From an uncultured Candidatus Saccharibacteria bacterium (GTDB taxonomy: Bacteria; Patescibacteriota; Saccharimonadia; Saccharimonadales; UBA10212): DNA of 64,000 nucleotides. Made by a program: the position numbers and the translations under genes. The notes under the pieces were generated by a model. The model was not told the DNA's origin, searched no databases, and was given only the letters and a program-made list of their open reading frames with translations. The DNA lies in the NCBI GenBank assembly GCA_964483315.1, contig CAZAAL010000003.1, forward strand, positions 23,997-87,996, read 5' to 3'. Shown one piece after another: positions 62,920-64,000 of this stretch. Position 1 is the first letter of the stretch, and each line of letters opens with the position of its first letter.

Positions 62920-64000
62920 TTATACTTTGATTAGTTGATCATGTCCTGGACCAACGCCAATGTATTTTACTGGTTTGTTGAGGTATTTGTGAATATAATC
63001 GATAAATGCTTGAGCTTGTTCTGGTAGCTCATTGAGCTTACCTGAGTTGGAAAAATCAAAATCTTTATCCCAAGTAGCCAGCTCTTTATAGACCGGTTGG
63101 CAGTTTTTAAGAGTATATTTTGAATTTGGAACATATTCGTATGTATCTTTTGTGGCAGTATCTTTATAGTTCACAGCTACCAACGTTGATTTTCCGAGAC
63201 GAGTTAAGTGATCAAGCTTGGTGATCGCAAGTTCTGTTACGCCACATAACCTAATGGCGGTAGCTATCTCAACAAGATCTAAGTAACCTACACGTCTTGG
63301 TCTGCCTGTTGTTGATCCAAATTCACTATCAACTTTGCCCTTCTCGCCTCTTACTTGTGCAACAAAATCGGCGTTTTTATCTTCCTTTATCTCAGTAATA
63401 AAGTCATACTCGGTACCACCCACTCGCGATTTGATAGCCTTAAAGACCCCAATAACCTTGCCTATTTGGGTATAATTTACGCCCAGTCCCTCTAAAACAC
63501 CACCTGTGCCACTATGGGATGAGCTAGTATAAGGGTAAAAAGGACCTTCGATGCCAAGTCCAATTGATTGAGCCCCTTCGGCTAAAACATGATTACCTTC
63601 AGCTAATTTTTGCTGGATTAAAAGTTGAGTATCCCCTGCAAAGGTAAGTATTTGCTTGCTTTTATCAAACCATTTTTGTGCAAGATCATTTATATCGCCC
63701 TGACTTGTGACTTTTTGATTTTGCAAACTTTTAATTTGATTTACCTCGTTGAGCCCTCGTACTACATGATCTATCGATAGTTTTTGATTCGCTAAATCTT
63801 CAACCTTAAGTCCTTGACGACCATACTTGTCGGCTGCAGTTTGAGCGATACCATTTTTTGTTGAACCCTGTTTGCCTACCGATTGCTCTCTTAGTACATC
63901 CAACTCAATATGGTGTGGCAATATAAGGTTTGCTTGAGAACTTATTACCAAATTTTTTGGCGAAACAATGACCCCAGAATTTGCAACATGTTCAATTTCT
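62920..64000 (-). CDS. purA: Adenylosuccinate synthetase; 5' end lies outside the window
   Basis: Blocks GSTKNGIAQTAADKYGR, EGAQSIGLGIEGPFYPYTSSS, GSTTGRPRRVGYLDL and TKLDHL match PurA. The reading frame stays open upstream of the tracked TTG (63951) to the window edge. Confidence 0.88.
   Translation of the reverse strand, partial: EIEHVANSGVIVSPKNLVISSQANLILPHHIELDVLREQSVGKQGSTKNGIAQTAADKYGRQGLKVEDLANQKLSIDHVVRGLNEVNQIKSLQNQKVTSQGDINDLAQKWFDKSKQILTFAGDTQLLIQQKLAEGNHVLAEGAQSIGLGIEGPFYPYTSSSHSGTGGVLEGLGVNYTQIGKVIGVFKAIKSRVGGTEYDFITEIKEDKNADFVAQVRGEKGKVDSEFGSTTGRPRRVGYLDLVEIATAIRLCGVTELAITKLDHLTRLGKSTLVAVNYKDTATKDTYEYVPNSKYTLKNCQPVYKELATWDKDFDFSNSGKLNELPEQAQAFIDYIHKYLNKPVKYIGVGPGHDQLIKV

Noticed and set aside
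1-64000. A search by eye for CRISPR arrays, tRNA/rRNA genes, IS elements or transposases, integrases, reverse transcriptases (retron/DGR) and long tandem repeats.
   Set aside because: None was found. Every intergenic region longer than about 60 bp was read, and none shows a cloverleaf-compatible tRNA (no GGTTCGAATCC-type T-arm), a repeat-spacer periodicity or terminal inverted repeats. This was a manual scan. tRNAscan-SE, Infernal and a repeat finder should confirm it.

Overview
This 64-kb window is gene-dense and AT-rich, from a streamlined bacterial genome. Genes are mostly co-directional and tightly packed, and many starts and stops overlap as ATGA. I support about 66 protein-coding genes. 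By eye I found no rRNA, tRNA, CRISPR array, transposase or integrase. The content is mostly housekeeping. It includes uppS (5' partial), rseP, proS, greA, class I lysK, serS, glyQS, secA, prfB, ftsEX, pyrG, xseAB, recO and rpmA. It also includes a compact dcw cluster (mraZ-rsmH-ftsL-ftsI-mraY-ftsW-murG-ftsQ), topA, dprA, pth and purA (5' partial). The genetic code looks standard: an SPF/GGQ release factor 2 is present and TGA serves as a stop. Several features together suggest a Patescibacteria/CPR organism, plausibly Saccharibacteria-like. These are the class I LysRS, a minimal dcw cluster without mur ligases or ftsA/ftsZ, and a soluble VirD4/TraD-like ATPase beside a sigma-region-4/HARE-HTH protein. 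DUF2207, several single-domain or degenerate two-component proteins, a heliorhodopsin and almost no biosynthetic genes point the same way. This taxonomic call is inference, not a database result. The most notable observations are listed here. (1) A roughly 430-nt ORF-free, relatively GC-rich interval (61.05-61.47 kb) has a consensus promoter, many nested helices and a terminator-like hairpin. It is a candidate structured RNA or long leader that I could not assign to any family from memory, and it sits upstream of a small kinase-like ORF. (2) A clear heliorhodopsin gene lies at 15084-15914. (3) Four GTGGGT(A/C) boxes with 10/21/10-bp spacing overlap the mraZ promoter, which looks like a MraZ operator. 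(4) The mraZ-rsmH spacer is unusually long, apparently structured, and flanked by (A4-6C)n tracts. (5) A VirD4-like ATPase, a sigma-r4/HARE-HTH protein, topA and dprA lie together on one strand. (6) An uncharacterised small-gene cassette lies at 40.25-41.7 kb. I cannot show that any of these is a new system. All would need homology, covariation or transcript data that I cannot generate here.
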